64,000 nucleotides of DNA from Nitrospirota bacterium (GCA_963741205.1 CAVUHW010000034.1:32001-96000); one strand, 5' to 3'. Counted from the stretch's first letter, positions 22,068-33,612 are shown. A program made the numbers and translations. Notes: generated by a model not told the origin, from the letters alone.

Positions 22068-22769
22068 TTGACTCATACCACGCCGGCAGTATCAATCATC
22101 ATACCCGTTTTAAATGAGGCAGCACGAATCAACGAAGCCGTCGCGCTTATCCGCGAATCAGACCCCGGCAAGGATGCGGAGATCATCATGGCCGACGGAG
22201 ATCCTGCGGGAAGCACGGTCCACGCCGTATCTGACGGCTCGGTACGAAGGGTCATTTCAGAGAGGGGCCGCGCGATCCAGATGAACCGGGGCGCAGAGGC
22301 CGCCTCCGGCGAGATCCTTCTCTTTCTCCATGCCGACACCTTCCTCCCCCGGAACGCGCTCGCGCTGATACGCGAGGCCGTGAAGGACAGTCGCATCGTC
22401 GCAGGCGCGTTCGATCTCGGATTCGATACGAAACGAAAGATCTTCCGCATAACGGAAAAATACGTTTATCTCCGCACCCGCCTCACGCACGTCCCCTTTG
22501 GAGACCAGGCCATTTTCATCCGTCGGGATTACTTCAAGCAACTCGGAGGGTACCGGGAGATCCCCATCATGGAAGACGTGGACCTGATGAAAAGAATCAG
22601 AAAGAGGGGCGATCGGGTCTCTATCATCCCCGTAAAAGTGTCAACCTCCCCCCGCCGGTACGAGCAGGAAGGGGTGCTCTCTTGTACGTTCAGGAATTGG
22701 CTGCTGCAGGCGCTGTTTGCGATGGGGGTATCTCCTGAACGGCTCGCAAAACGGTATCGAACCCTCTAG
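22068..22769 (+). CDS. GT2 glycosyltransferase (TIGR04283-like, rSAM/selenodomain-associated)
   Basis: SIIIPVLNE, GRAIQMNRGA, LFLHADT, PFGDQAIF, MEDV and STSPRR motifs. Confidence 0.85.
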   Translation: MTHTTPAVSIIIPVLNEAARINEAVALIRESDPGKDAEIIMADGDPAGSTVHAVSDGSVRRVISERGRAIQMNRGAEAASGEILLFLHADTFLPRNALALIREAVKDSRIVAGAFDLGFDTKRKIFRITEKYVYLRTRLTHVPFGDQAIFIRRDYFKQLGGYREIPIMEDVDLMKRIRKRGDRVSIIPVKVSTSPRRYEQEGVLSCTFRNWLLQALFAMGVSPERLAKRYRTL

Positions 22770-22813
22770 CGGTATGTTCAAAAAAATCTGAAAATCATGC
22801 AGGGAGGTTAATA

Positions 22814-22975
22814 ATGGCAAAAAGACTCGGAATATATATCTTCCCCGACGCCGAGATCATTGATTGGGCCGGACCGATGGGTGTCTTTGCCGTAGCGCGC
22901 CGCATGGATCCGGAGCTTGATGCGTTCCTGGTCGGCGCGCGGTTACAGCTTGCATCCGGCAAAGTGCTATGGTAA
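22814..22975 (+). pseudogene. DJ-1/PfpI family N-terminal fragment
   Basis: SD GGAGG, then MAKRLGIYIFPDAEIIDWAGPMGVF; only 53 aa. Confidence 0.6.
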
Positions 22976-23002
22976 GGTAGTCCGGAGGGGGCCAGACGGG
23001 TT

Positions 23003-23695
23003 ATGAAAAAGATACTGCTCGCGAACGGCCTGAAAGACCTTTTTGCGGAGAAGGGCAGCTTTCTCGATCGCGCGGACATCGCGGTATTTACGGCCGACTC
23101 GAACGAAGAGGCGCTGAAGATCCATACCAAGGAACGCGTCGATCTTATCGTCACGCAGCTCGACCTGCCCGGGGGCAGGATCGAGGAGCTGTTTAACTCC
23201 ATCAGAAGCGATAAGGAACTCCGGAAAGTCTCCACCATCATCATCTGCAAAGACACCCTCGCCCACCGGGAACGAAGCAAGCAATGCCGCGCCAACGCTG
23301 TTTTTACCATACCCGTCGACACCACGCTGCTTACCATCAAGGCGCAGCAGTTTCTCCATGTCTTGCCGAGGAAACTCTACCGTGCGACGCTCGCCGTCGG
23401 CATTCAAGGCAGGTTCAAGAACAGGCCGCTCCCGTTCTGGACGGAAAATATCAGCGCCGGAGGGATGCTCATCAGATCTGAGGAGCCCCTTGCAACAGGC
23501 GACGGAATTTACTTCTCCTTCTTTCTCCCCGACGGAACGCACGTCAGCGGATATGGGGAAATAGCAAGGGTCGTTCCGCCGCCTGACGAAGGTGGTGTCT
23601 TTCACTACGGAATCAAGTTCACGAACGTCGCGCCAGCCGAAACATCAGCAATCGAAGCGCTCATTAAAAAAGCGCTCATAACAGCCTCCGCTTGA
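23003..23695 (+). CDS. Degenerate receiver domain plus PilZ domain protein
   Basis: Receiver-like N-terminus (DLIVTQLDLP); PilZ motifs RKLYR and NISAGG. Confidence 0.8.
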   Translation: MKKILLANGLKDLFAEKGSFLDRADIAVFTADSNEEALKIHTKERVDLIVTQLDLPGGRIEELFNSIRSDKELRKVSTIIICKDTLAHRERSKQCRANAVFTIPVDTTLLTIKAQQFLHVLPRKLYRATLAVGIQGRFKNRPLPFWTENISAGGMLIRSEEPLATGDGIYFSFFLPDGTHVSGYGEIARVVPPPDEGGVFHYGIKFTNVAPAETSAIEALIKKALITASA

Positions 23696-23732
23696 ACCGG
23701 GCGTATGCTTTCGCATCAGGAGACGGTAAACC

Positions 23733-25349
23733 GTGAATTTCCCCCTGCTAGGGGCGAAGCACCAGGAGGGGGTCAAGCGGACTGTTTTGGATGTGGATTG
23801 GTGCGTTGTCTGTGCTACGAAACGATATGCAATCTTATAATATAGGACCGATGGCTGCAGCGTATTATTGAGTTGCACTATCAGGATTCATCACCTATAT
23901 TAGAGATGTGGCGATTTCAAGCGGCATAAAATTCCGTTGCTACCCGACAACGGAGCAGGCTACTACCCTCTGGTGGATAGGTTGCCAACGGTTTATCTAC
24001 AACGCCAAGGTTGCCGAGAGCGTTATTTCCGTACTTTCCGGAATCATTCGCTGTCGCTGACCGGACTACAGACGCCGATTGATCAGCAGTACTCCCAGTT
24101 TAAGGACAAAAACTCACTCCGTTTTTATACGATGTGCCGTCACAGGTGCTAGAAACGGCGCAACCAGGTTCATGGGCTCCTATAAGAGGTACCTGACGGA
24201 CTGTCGGTCGCCCTGCTTATAAAAAGAAGGCGGGCGGAGCTCGTTTACATTACAGCGAGTTGTTCAGGTTCGTTCCTACTGGAGGCTCAAAACAGCGGCA
24301 GGACAAAACAATATATGAGCACCGGCTGATGCTTGGCACGAAGTCTACCGATCTGGGCGAACTTAAGTTCAAGGCTCATGATGAGTACGAGGTTCCGGCG
24401 GCTATCACCATTTCCCGGGAGTCCGGGAAATGGTATGTCTCGTTCTCCTATGAGAAGCAAGGCACAGTTATGAGCGAGCAGGAACTTCTCGAGCTTTACG
24501 GCGGCATGTCTTCAGAGAGTCTCAATACCGTTGCCCTGGGAATGGACCGAGGGGTTGTAATCCCGCTGGCAACAAGCGACGGATTTATGTATGACTTCTC
24601 CGGCATACAAAAGGAGCGTCTGTTAAAAAAGGATGCCCGGAAGAAGAGATATCAGAGGCAAATGGCGAGGCGGATCAAAGGATCCGGTCGCTTTAAGAAT
24701 CAGCAGCGAAATCAGCCCGGTGCCAGGCTTATGCTGCCAACGTGAGGCATGATTTCGCGCATAAGGCCAGCCGCAAGCTCGTGGATTCACCCGCGGAGGT
24801 GTTCGTCTTCGAGGACCTCAAGGTCAAGAACATGACCAGAGCGCCAAAACCTAAGAAGTCAGCCGGCGGGACGTATATTGCGAACGGGGCAAAGGCCAAG
24901 GCCGGTCTCAACAAGTCCATACTGGAATCAGCGTGGGGCAGGGTAAAACTCTTTACCATGTACAAAGCCTCACGGCGCAATAAGCTTAATCGCCATACCG
25001 CCGCACGGCACTCACGGAGTGTTCGAAGTGTTCGCACACTCACCCGGACAATCGCCAGTCACAGGCGGTGTTCGATTGCCAGAGCTGTGGCTTTACGGAA
25101 AACGCCGATACCAATGCGTCTCTCGTTATTAAGAAGCGCGGCTGAAATGCTCGAATCTGGCGAAATCACCGTAAAGCATCGGAAACGCGCCATGCGGCTA
25201 AGGAAGAAGGAAACACTAGGCCGGGAACCGGTCGAAGTCACGCGCGGGGAGAAGCAGATAAGACAGGACTTGGGAACTACCCAGGGACTGCACGCTTCTA
25301 TGATCGTGAAACCCCATGAACATGTAATTGGTCAGTGGCGGGTAGTTCA
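23733..25349 (+). mobile_element. tnpB: TnpB-only element, family A copy 1; tnpB from about 23908, heavily frameshifted
   Basis: KFRCYPT HTH start, LGMDRGV, VFEDLKVKNM and zinc-finger remnant; right end GGGTAGTTCA; left region shared with the copy at 53797. Confidence 0.85.
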
Positions 25350-25383
25350 TCAGCCGGGCTGCGGTCTCGAAGTCGCTGAATAT

Positions 25384-26063
25384 ATGCCGGACACATCGAT
25401 CGTTATCCTTTTCGTAAAACTCCCGGTCGGGGGGCGGGTCAAGACGCGCCTGGCACGGGAACTGGACGAGGAACTCGTCCTCCGCCTGTACGAGAGCATG
25501 GTACTGGACACGATCGACATGCTGAAGAAAGGCGGCTTTCCGTTCCGCATCTGCATCGACCCTCCCGACGAGATCGAAGAGGCAAGGAAGTGGCTGGGGA
25601 GCAGACTACGCCTTCATGCCGCAGACCGGCGGCGATTTGGGAGAGCGTATGGAACAGGCCTTTGCCCGCGTCTTTTCCGAAGGTTTCCGCAAAGCGGTCC
25701 TCATCGGGAGCGACATACCCGGACTCTCTGCCGGGATCGTGCATGAGTCCCTTGCATCGCTGGTGAGGTGCGACGCGGTCATCGGCCCCGCAAACGACGG
25801 CGGTTACTACCTGATAGGGTTCACCAGGAGAGGCCTTTTATCCGGAAATATTCCGTTCCATGCCGTGGAGCACCTCTGCCGTCTTTGGGGAGACCCTGGA
25901 GAGGCTTGCGGCGGCAGCCCGCCTTGTTCATGTGCTGCCGGAATGTATCGACGCCGACACGAAGGAGGACCTGATCATGCTGCTGCGGCAACAGGAAAGC
26001 GGAATTGCTTCCTCACGCGCGTTGTCGCTGCTCATGGGGCATTTGCGCGGCATGGCGGAATAA
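25384..26063 (+). CDS. DUF2064/TIGR04282-like glycosyltransferase, frameshifted
   Basis: FVKLPVGGRVKTRLA, GDLGERM, LIGSDIP, GPANDGGYYLIG, PWST and DADT motifs. Confidence 0.85.
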
Positions 26064-26069
26064 ACCACG

Positions 26070-26834
26070 ATGTACACGAAACCCTTCGCGATCATCGCAA
26101 CTCTCCTCGTCATCTTCGCGCTCGAGAGCGTCTTCCCTCACATGAAGGGCAGAAAGCAGAGGGTGAGGCACGGCGTTCCCCACGTCCTGACCGCGTTCAT
26201 GAACGGGTTCCTGACGAAGCTGGTCCTTACCGGCGTAACCCTGTACGTGATCGCGTGGGCTGAAACGCAGCCGGCAGGGATCGTCAACATACTCGATCTC
26301 CCCGGTCCGGTGCGGGCCGCCCTGGTATTCGTTCTGTTTGATATCTGGATGTACCTGTGGCACATGGCGAACCACCGGAGCGCGTTCCTCTGGCGCTTCC
26401 ACCGGGCCCACCACGCGGACACGGAAATGGACTCGACGACAGCTCTTCGCTTCCATCCCGGCGAGCTGGTCATTTCCTCCTTCGTGCGCCTGCCCGTCAT
26501 CATCCTTATCGGGATGAGCTTTTCCGAACTCGTTTTTTTTGAGATCATGCTGAACATCTCTACCTTGTTTCATCACAGCAATATCGGCATTCCGGAGGAG
26601 TGGGACCGGCTGCTCCGCGTCGTGATCGTAACGCCGAACATGCACCGGGTCCACCACTCCGTCGAGCGGTTCGAGACGGACTCGAATTTTACAAGCCTGC
26701 TGTCTCTCTGGGACCGGCTGGCCCGGACTTTCAGGATGCGCGGGGACACTCACACGGTCGTTTTCGGCCTTCCTATGTTCAGGGAAACCTATTACCAGCG
26801 GCTCTGGGGGTTTTTGATCACGCCGTTTGCGTGA
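26070..26834 (+). CDS. Sterol desaturase/fatty acid hydroxylase family protein
   Basis: His boxes HMANH, HRAHH, HHSN and HRVHH; TALRFHPGE. Confidence 0.9.
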   Translation: MYTKPFAIIATLLVIFALESVFPHMKGRKQRVRHGVPHVLTAFMNGFLTKLVLTGVTLYVIAWAETQPAGIVNILDLPGPVRAALVFVLFDIWMYLWHMANHRSAFLWRFHRAHHADTEMDSTTALRFHPGELVISSFVRLPVIILIGMSFSELVFFEIMLNISTLFHHSNIGIPEEWDRLLRVVIVTPNMHRVHHSVERFETDSNFTSLLSLWDRLARTFRMRGDTHTVVFGLPMFRETYYQRLWGFLITPFA

Positions 26835-26865
26835 GAGGGAAGGCACTGCTACTGTGAATTTTTTT

Positions 26866-26984
26866 GTCATTCCCGCCCCGACGGAGTCGGGATAAACTCC
26901 AGCGGGCTTGCCCCGATTTCATCGGGGAATCCCTTTTGAATTTATTTGATAAAAGCCAATGGATACGCTTTCGCAGGTATGACA
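26866..26984. repeat. REP-like palindromic element (same family as 863-937) with nested hairpins
   Basis: tgtcattcccg ... ggaatcc ... tggata.gctttcgcaggtatgaca. Confidence 0.65.
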
Positions 26985-27007
26985 GAGACAGGGAGTGCAA
27001 GGTGACC

Positions 27008-27703
27008 ATGTCCGGACGGAAACAACAGCTGCTCCTGCTCGTTGCTTTTATTCTCGCGGTTGTTCTTGTTCGCTTTTCTCCGCTCGGCTCGATCATCACC
27101 TTTGAAAACCTGAAACAGAACCGGGAAGCGCTCGTAGCCTTCGTGGGCGCTCATTATTTTGTTTCCGCGGCGTCCTTCATCGCCGTGTACGTCATTGCAA
27201 CCGCCCTGTCCATTCCAGGCGCGGTCGTCCTGTCGCTTGCCGGCGGGTTCCTTTTTGGGACTGCGGCCGGCGTTCTCTATATCAACATAGGCGCGACAAC
27301 GGGGGCGGCGTGCGCGTTCCTGTCGGCGCGGTACCTGCTGGGGAACCGGTTGCAGCAGAAGTATGGGGGACAACTCTCGAAATTCAACAGCGAGATGGAC
27401 CGGAACGGCGCGAGCTATTTGCTCACGCTGCGCCTCATCCCGGTCTTCCCCTTTTTCCTGATCAATTTTCTGGCCGGCGTTACGAAGGTCCCGCTCAAGA
27501 CCTTTCTTTGGACAACCGCGCTCGGGATCGTCCCCGGCACCGTTGTTTATGCCTTTGCCGGACGGCAGATCGGGTCCATCGATTCGCCGGGGGAGATCTT
27601 TTCTAAGAAGGTGATCGCCGCCTTTGTTGTGCTCGGGCTTTTCACGCTCGTTCCGGCCATCTGGAAACGCATCCGAAAGCCGCAGGCAACGTCTGAAAAA
27701 TAA
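27008..27703 (+). CDS. TVP38/TMEM64 (DedA/SNARE-associated) membrane protein
   Basis: LSIPGA..LSLAGGFLFG and LRLIPVFPFFLIN motifs. Confidence 0.9.
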   Translation: MSGRKQQLLLLVAFILAVVLVRFSPLGSIITFENLKQNREALVAFVGAHYFVSAASFIAVYVIATALSIPGAVVLSLAGGFLFGTAAGVLYINIGATTGAACAFLSARYLLGNRLQQKYGGQLSKFNSEMDRNGASYLLTLRLIPVFPFFLINFLAGVTKVPLKTFLWTTALGIVPGTVVYAFAGRQIGSIDSPGEIFSKKVIAAFVVLGLFTLVPAIWKRIRKPQATSEK

Positions 27704-27728
27704 TCAGCGCAAGGAAGGAGTAAGGTTT

Positions 27729-28364
27729 ATGGACAAAAAGAAACAGGTAGCGGAAATCCTGAAAAGGCTCAAAAAAGAGTATGCGGGGACTCCGCAGACG
27801 GCACTCCACTATACAACCCCCTTCGAGCTCCTCGCGGCAACCATCCTGTCGGCGCAGACCACTGATGTGCAGGTGAACAGGGTGACCGAGTCGCTGTTCG
27901 CCAAGTACCGGACCATCGAGGCTTTCGCGTCGGCCGCGCCGGAGAAACTGGCCAAGGACGCGGCATCGGTCAATTTTTACCGGAACAAGGCAAAGCACAT
28001 CAACAGGACGGCGCAGATGATCATGGAAAAATTCGGCGGCAAGGTCCCGCAAACCATGGAGGACCTCGTCACCCTGCCCGGCGTAGCCCGGAAGACGGCA
28101 AACATCGTGTTATCGTCCGCCTTCGGAATCAACGAGGGAATTGCCGTGGACACCCATGTCAAGCGGCTCTCTTTCCGGCTGGGGCTTACGAAACAGGAAG
28201 ACCCGGTCAAAATCGAGGTTGAACTGATGGCGCTTGCGCCGCAGAAAGAATGGGGGAACCTGTCGCACCTGCTGATCTTCCACGGAAGGAAGATCTGCCA
28301 GGCCAGAAAGCCGAATCATGCCGCGTGCGTCCTGTTCGACCTCTGTCCGTCGAGGGACATCTGA
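27729..28364 (+). CDS. nth: Endonuclease III
   Basis: ILSAQTTD, HhH LPGVARKTAN, VDTHV and C-terminal 4Fe-4S Cys cluster. Confidence 0.95.
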   Translation: MDKKKQVAEILKRLKKEYAGTPQTALHYTTPFELLAATILSAQTTDVQVNRVTESLFAKYRTIEAFASAAPEKLAKDAASVNFYRNKAKHINRTAQMIMEKFGGKVPQTMEDLVTLPGVARKTANIVLSSAFGINEGIAVDTHVKRLSFRLGLTKQEDPVKIEVELMALAPQKEWGNLSHLLIFHGRKICQARKPNHAACVLFDLCPSRDI

Positions 28365-28530
28365 GACGGCATTCCGAGAGAGGTCGCCGGGGCGACGCAT
28401 ATTCTGTTGTTTTCCGGGTTACGGCATCCGCATGATAAAATCTCCCGCGTTGTATCAGGCTTTGATATTCATATTCTTGTCCGTCCCCTCCCTCGCTGAT
28501 CGATTGCTTTTAAAGAGAGGAACAACAGGT

Positions 28531-29407
28531 ATGAAAAAATAGTCCGCAAGTCGGCTATCCGTGATGGCATGCAGCCGGCGCCGTTCTGTGCATGTTGGGA
28601 GCGGACGGCGAAATAAGGAGCGACGTCACCGTCAGTTCGGCGGAGAAGGCGACAAACGGTATGGCAAGCGGCGTGACGAGCAGTGTTACGGGCAGCACGG
28701 CCGGCAAAACGTTGAACGGCCTGTCGGGAGGCGTGACGGGCAGCGTCGCAAGCAAGGCAACGCACAGCCTGGCAACCGGCGCGACAGGCAGCGCTGCGCA
28801 TGCCGTCACGAGCAAACCGACCGTGACGCTGTCGGCCTATGCCGAGGAAATTGCCAGGATCCTCAAGTTCGACCGGAAAGTCCTCATTATCGTGAAGGAA
28901 CTGACCAACGAGCACATCCAGCGGCTGATCGGTTACGATGAAAACAACTTTCAGATCATTGCTCCGGGGATCGCGGTTTCGGTTCCCGAGGACAAGACGG
29001 ACAGCGTCCTTGCCGCACTTCGGAAGAAGCTGGTTCCCCTGCACTACCTGCCTTTTGTCGTCGAGTTGAATGAAGGGCTCAAGACCGACAAAATAGGCAT
29101 CATCAAGGGCACGGACCAGTACGAGATCCTCCGCATCATGCATACCGATGGCGATGAATATGAGATCTCCAACGAGGACGTGATCGACCGATTAAAAGAG
29201 TGGGAGAAAATCGCATCCTTCGACATCGTCGGTGCGGACAGTGATTGGGTGGAAATAGAGTTCAAGACGCTGCCGGCGGATTTGAAGGCCTTTGCCGAAG
29301 AAGTGGACGAATTCAGCCCCGATGCCGTCGAGCAGGAGGGGGGGAGCATTGAGGGACTGATGAAGGAGATCAGGAAGACGAACCGCCTCTTCCTCTTGTG
29401 GGATTAA
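28531..29407 (+). CDS. Exported DUF4253-like protein with Ser/Thr/Gly-rich repeats (5' frameshift)
   Basis: C-terminal FAEEVDEFSPDAVEQ...LFLLWD signature; roughly 16-aa repeats in 28640-28810. Confidence 0.7.
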
Positions 29408-29452
29408 TGATAGACACAGGGGACTCGGGTTGACGATGACGCGGTACACGAT

Positions 29453-29483
29453 AAAAAAAGGCAGGCGAAAATATTCGCCTGCC
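29453..29483 (-). terminator. Intrinsic terminator (duplicated at 30197-30227)
   Basis: ggcaggcgaa/ttcgcctgcc stem with an A-tract on the + strand. Confidence 0.75.
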
Positions 29484-29557
29484 GTAGAACCAATTGTTGC
29501 ATTTCAAAATAACATTTTTCTCCGCCTTTGAATAATGAATTAGCGGTATAGGAGAAA

Positions 29558-29850
29558 CTACTTCGCTGCCGGGGTCTCGGCTGCCGGCGTCTCGGCGGCT
29601 TCCTTCTTCTGTGATGCTTTCAGATCGGCAGCTTCCTTCTTCTCGGCGGCCTTCTTCTCAGATGCTGCCTTCTTCTGGGCTTCTGTCTTTTTCTTGTGCC
29701 TTCTTCTTCTGGCTGTGCCTTCTTCTCTGCCGCCTTAACCTCAGCCTTTTCCTCGGTTGCCGCAGGAGCAGCTGCCTTGTCCTGTGCGAATGCAACGCCG
29801 AGGGTCAAAGCAAAAGCCATGGCCGTGAAAAGAGCAATGATCTTCTTCAT
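29558..29850 (-). CDS. Small exported Lys/Ala/Pro-rich protein, copy 1 (frameshifted)
   Basis: Signal peptide MKKIIALFTAMAFALTLGVAFA identical to copy 2; strong SD. Confidence 0.75.
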
Positions 29851-30300
29851 GTGGTTTCACCTCCCTTCTTTATGAATTCCAGCTCGTACTTATATCAGGT
29901 TTGATCATTGTTGTCAAGAATTATCAAGGCACTTCAGTCCCTTCCCTTTTTACGATATAGCAATCCTTATAAATGAAACGTGACAATTTCTGGAAGGTCA
30001 AAAAAAAAATAAAATGAAAGGCCGTTGTGCCATTTTTGCCGAAGAAGTGTACGAATTCAGCCCTGATACCGTCGACCAAGGGGCGGGGAGCATCGAGGGA
30101 CTTATGAAGGAGATTAGGAAGACGAACCGCCTCTCTCTCTTGTGGGATTAATGATAGAAACAGGGGACTCTGGCAGACGATGACGCGGTACACGATAAAA
30201 AAAGGCAGGCGAAAATATTCGCCTGCCGTAGAACCAACTGTTACATTTCAAAATAACATTTTTCCCCGCTACGAATAATGAATTAGCGGTATAGGAGAAA

Positions 30301-30558
30301 CTACTTCCCTGCCGGAGCGGCTGCCGGAGCCATCGGGGCTGCCTCTTCCTTCTTTGATGCTTCCTTCTTTGCCTTCTTCTTTTCCTTCTTTGCCTTCTTC
30401 TTTTCCTTGTGAGTAGGCTTCTTCTCGGTCTGAGCCTTCTCAGGTGCTGCCGCCGGGGCTGCCGGGGCTGCCGGGGCTGCTGCCTTTTCCTGGGCGAAAG
30501 CGACGCCGAGGGTCAAAGCAAAAGCCATGGCCGTGAAAAGAGCAATGATCTTTTTCAT
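30301..30558 (-). CDS. Small exported Lys/Ala/Pro-rich protein, copy 2
   Basis: Signal peptide plus APAAPAA and KKKAKKE repeats; SD GGAGGT. Confidence 0.8.
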   Translation of the reverse strand: MKKIIALFTAMAFALTLGVAFAQEKAAAPAAPAAPAAAPEKAQTEKKPTHKEKKKAKKEKKKAKKEASKKEEAAPMAPAAAPAGK

Positions 30559-30962
30559 GTGGTTTCACCTCCCTTCCTTTGTGGAGTTAGACAAGCGACT
30601 ATATATAACAGGTTCGTTGATTGTTGTCAAGAATAATAGGGGTACAACGTTCCCTTTCTATCGATCCTGAAAGATGAGACACGGAATTTCGTGAAGGTTA
30701 AAAAGAGAAAAAAATATAAGGTTTGGACGAATGGAGATTTAATGACCTCCCTGAGACGACCGGTGGTTATGGCTGACCCCGCTTGCCGGAAACCTTGATA
30801 AATCAGTCATTTCTTGACAAACAGGAGGGATTCAGTTAGATTGAAACAACGCATCTCCGGGGGACCATCAGGAAAAAATTTATTAATGTCCTCCGCCGTG
30901 ATCGCCGGAACCGCGGTTAAGGTCGTGAGGACATTTCGTAAACCTCTCTTTTTACTGCCCGT

Positions 30963-32074
30963 ATGATCATATCACCACTCAGGCGCATAAAAGGCATCAA
31001 GGCATACGTTCTTACGGGCCTCCTCGCGCTCATCTCGCTCATTCACTATCTCGTGGGCGGCGCGCCGGCGGGCATACTGCACGGTCTTCTCGGCCATCTT
31101 TATATCGTGCCGATCATTCTCGGCGCCTACTGGTACGGGGTCAAGGGCGGGCGTGTCGGTTTCCATCGCCTCGGCGGTGCTTTTCTCACCGCACCTGTTC
31201 CTGCACTGGCATGACCCGTTTCTGGATATCTACAACTACGTCGAGCTGTTTCTCTTTCTCCTGATCGGCGGCGTCACCGGCGTGTTGAGCCAGATGGAGC
31301 GCAACCAGCGGATGCGCTATGAAGAGCGCCATGAGGCGTCTCGACGAGTCCCACCGGAAGCTGAAGGAGCAGACGGACATCCTTTTCCAGACCGAGGAAC
31401 AGCTGCGGCGCGCCGACCGTCTGTCGGCTCTCGGTGAACTGTCCGCGGGCATGGCGCATGAGATCCGGAACCCGCTGGGCTCGATCAAGGGCGCCGTCGA
31501 GATCCTGAAGGACGATTATTCGCCCGAGGAAGCCAAGTACGAGTTCATCCAGATACTGCTGAAGGAAACGGACCGGCTGAACTGTATCGTGCAGGAGTTT
31601 CTCGGGTTCGCCCGGCCCAAGCAGCCTGAATATCCAGCAGGCTGATCTGAACGAGTCCATCGAAGTCCGTGCTTACGCTCACGGCTCAGGAGGCGACGAA
31701 GGCCGGTGTGCAGGTTGAAAAACGGCTTCGATCCCGTCCATCGGGAAGCGCAGCCTCGACGCGGGACTGCTCCGACAGGCGTTCCTGAACCTGGTCCTGA
31801 ATGCCATCCAGGCCATGCCGAAGGGAGGCGTCCTGACCGTCGAGAGCCGCCTCCGGAGGGGATGCTGTGGGTAACGATCACCGACACCGGGACCGGGATC
31901 ACTGAAGAGAACCGAAAAAGGCTCTTCAGTCCTTTTTTCACGACCAAGAAGAACGGCACCGGGCTCGGCCTCGCGATCACCTACCGGATCATCGAGAATC
32001 ACCGCGGCAGGATCAGACGTCGCGAGCGAACCGGGCAAGGGCACGACGTTCACGGTGAAGATACCGATGTGTAA
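30963..32074 (+). CDS. Membrane sensor histidine kinase (NtrB-like), frameshifted
   Basis: AHEIRNPL H-box, NAIQA, DTGTGI, FFTTK and GTGLGL. Confidence 0.88.
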
Positions 32075-32168
32075 ATATGCTATCATAGGACGCAGAAGAA
32101 CACGAAACCAGCTTGTCGGCGTCTAAATCGTGAGTTACAGCGCAACACGGTTGCCTTGGTCTCACAAT

Positions 32169-33527
32169 ATGAAGAAATCCTCCATCCTTCTCATAGACGA
32201 TGACGACAGCCTGCGCAGGGTCATCGAGTTCAGCCTGATCGAAGCGGGACACACGAGTCCAGACTGCCGCGAGCGGCGAGGAAGGACTGCGGCTCTTCGA
32301 GAGAGAGGCCTTCGACGCCGTAATCACGGACATCACCATGCCCGGGATGAGCGGCATGGAGGTCCTGTCGCGAGGTCCGTGAGCGGGACCCCACATGCCG
32401 GTGATCATGATCACGGCCTACGGCACGATCGAGAACGCGGTCCAGGCCATGAGGCAGGGCGCCTTCGATTACATCACCAAGCCCTTTAACCGCGACGAGC
32501 TCCGGATGACGCTCGACAAGGCGCTCCGGATGCGGCGGCTTGAGAAGGAGAACGTAGAACTTCGCGCCGAGGTCACCGACCGCTACCGGTTCGAGAAGCA
32601 TCGTCGGAAGCAGCGCCAAGATCAGGGAAGTGCTCGACCTGGCAGGGCGGGTGGCCGCGAGCGATGCGACGCTGCTGATCACGGGCGAGAGCGGGACGGG
32701 CAAGGAACTTCTCGCTAAAGGCGTCCATTTCAACAGCACGCCGGGCCGACGGCCCCTTCGTGGCAGTGAACTGCGCCGCCATCCCCGAGGCCCTGATCGA
32801 GAGCGAGCTCTTCGGGCACGTGAAAGGCGCCTTTACCGGCGCCGTCAAGGACAAGGAAGGGAAGTTCGAGCTGGCCGACGGAGGCACGCTGTTGCTGGAT
32901 GAGATCGGAGACCTTCGCATCGATCTGCAGGCAAAAATCCTGCGGGTCCTCCAGGAACGGGTTGTCGACCGGGTCGGCGCCACGAAACCCATTCCCGTGG
33001 ATGTGCGCGTGATCGCGTCGACGAACAGGGACATCGAACAGGCGATCAAGGAAGGAAAATTTCGCGAGGACCTGTACGACAGGATCAATGTCATCGCCTT
33101 GCGCATGCCGCCGCTTGCGGGAGCGCAGGGACGACATCCCCCTGCTCGCCAGCCATTTCCTGAAAAAGTTCAACAGGGATGCGGAAGTCGGCATTCAGCA
33201 GGAATCCCTTGCCGTGCTTTTGTCCTACGGATGGCCCGGCAACGTACGGGAGCTGGAAAGCGTCATCGAGAGGGCGTCAGTGCTGAGGCGCGGAGACGTC
33301 ATCACGCCGGACGACCTGCCGGACAAGCTCAAAAGGGAGAAAACCGGCATCGAAAACATCATCCTCAACCTTCCGGACGAGGGGATCGAACTCGAAGACG
33401 CTGGAGAAGAATCTCATCATCAAGGCGCTCGAAAAACAACGGCAACAACCAGACCCGCGCTGCGGAATATCTCGGCATCACGAGGCCGACGCTGATCTAC
33501 CGGATGGAGAAATACGGTCTCAAATAG
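32169..33527 (+). CDS. sigma54-dependent response regulator (NtrC family), frameshifted
   Basis: Receiver (IDDD, DITMP), [30 protein letters not shown] and Fis HTH. Confidence 0.9.
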
Positions 33528-33537
33528 AACGAAGAAA

Positions 33538-33612
33538 GATGCAGGATGCAGGATGAAAAAAAACTTTTCTCCGAGCGCCTTATTCGTGTATCATGTAATC
33601 ATGCATCATGAT
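33538..33612. repeat. Inverted heptamer-repeat insert (GATGCAG / TCATGYA)
   Basis: gatgcag gatgcag gatg ... tcatgta atcatgca tcatg. Confidence 0.45.

Larger units (their letters stand above)
29291..30720. repeat. Diverged tandem duplication (units about 29291-30020 and 30035-30720)
   Basis: The DUF4253 3' end, terminator, small gene and promoter region are all repeated. Confidence 0.85.

Noticed and set aside
28640-28810. Internal repeats in the DUF4253-like gene as a diversity-generating target
   Set aside because: They look like a degenerate Ser/Thr/Gly linker; there is no reverse transcriptase or adenine-specific variation.
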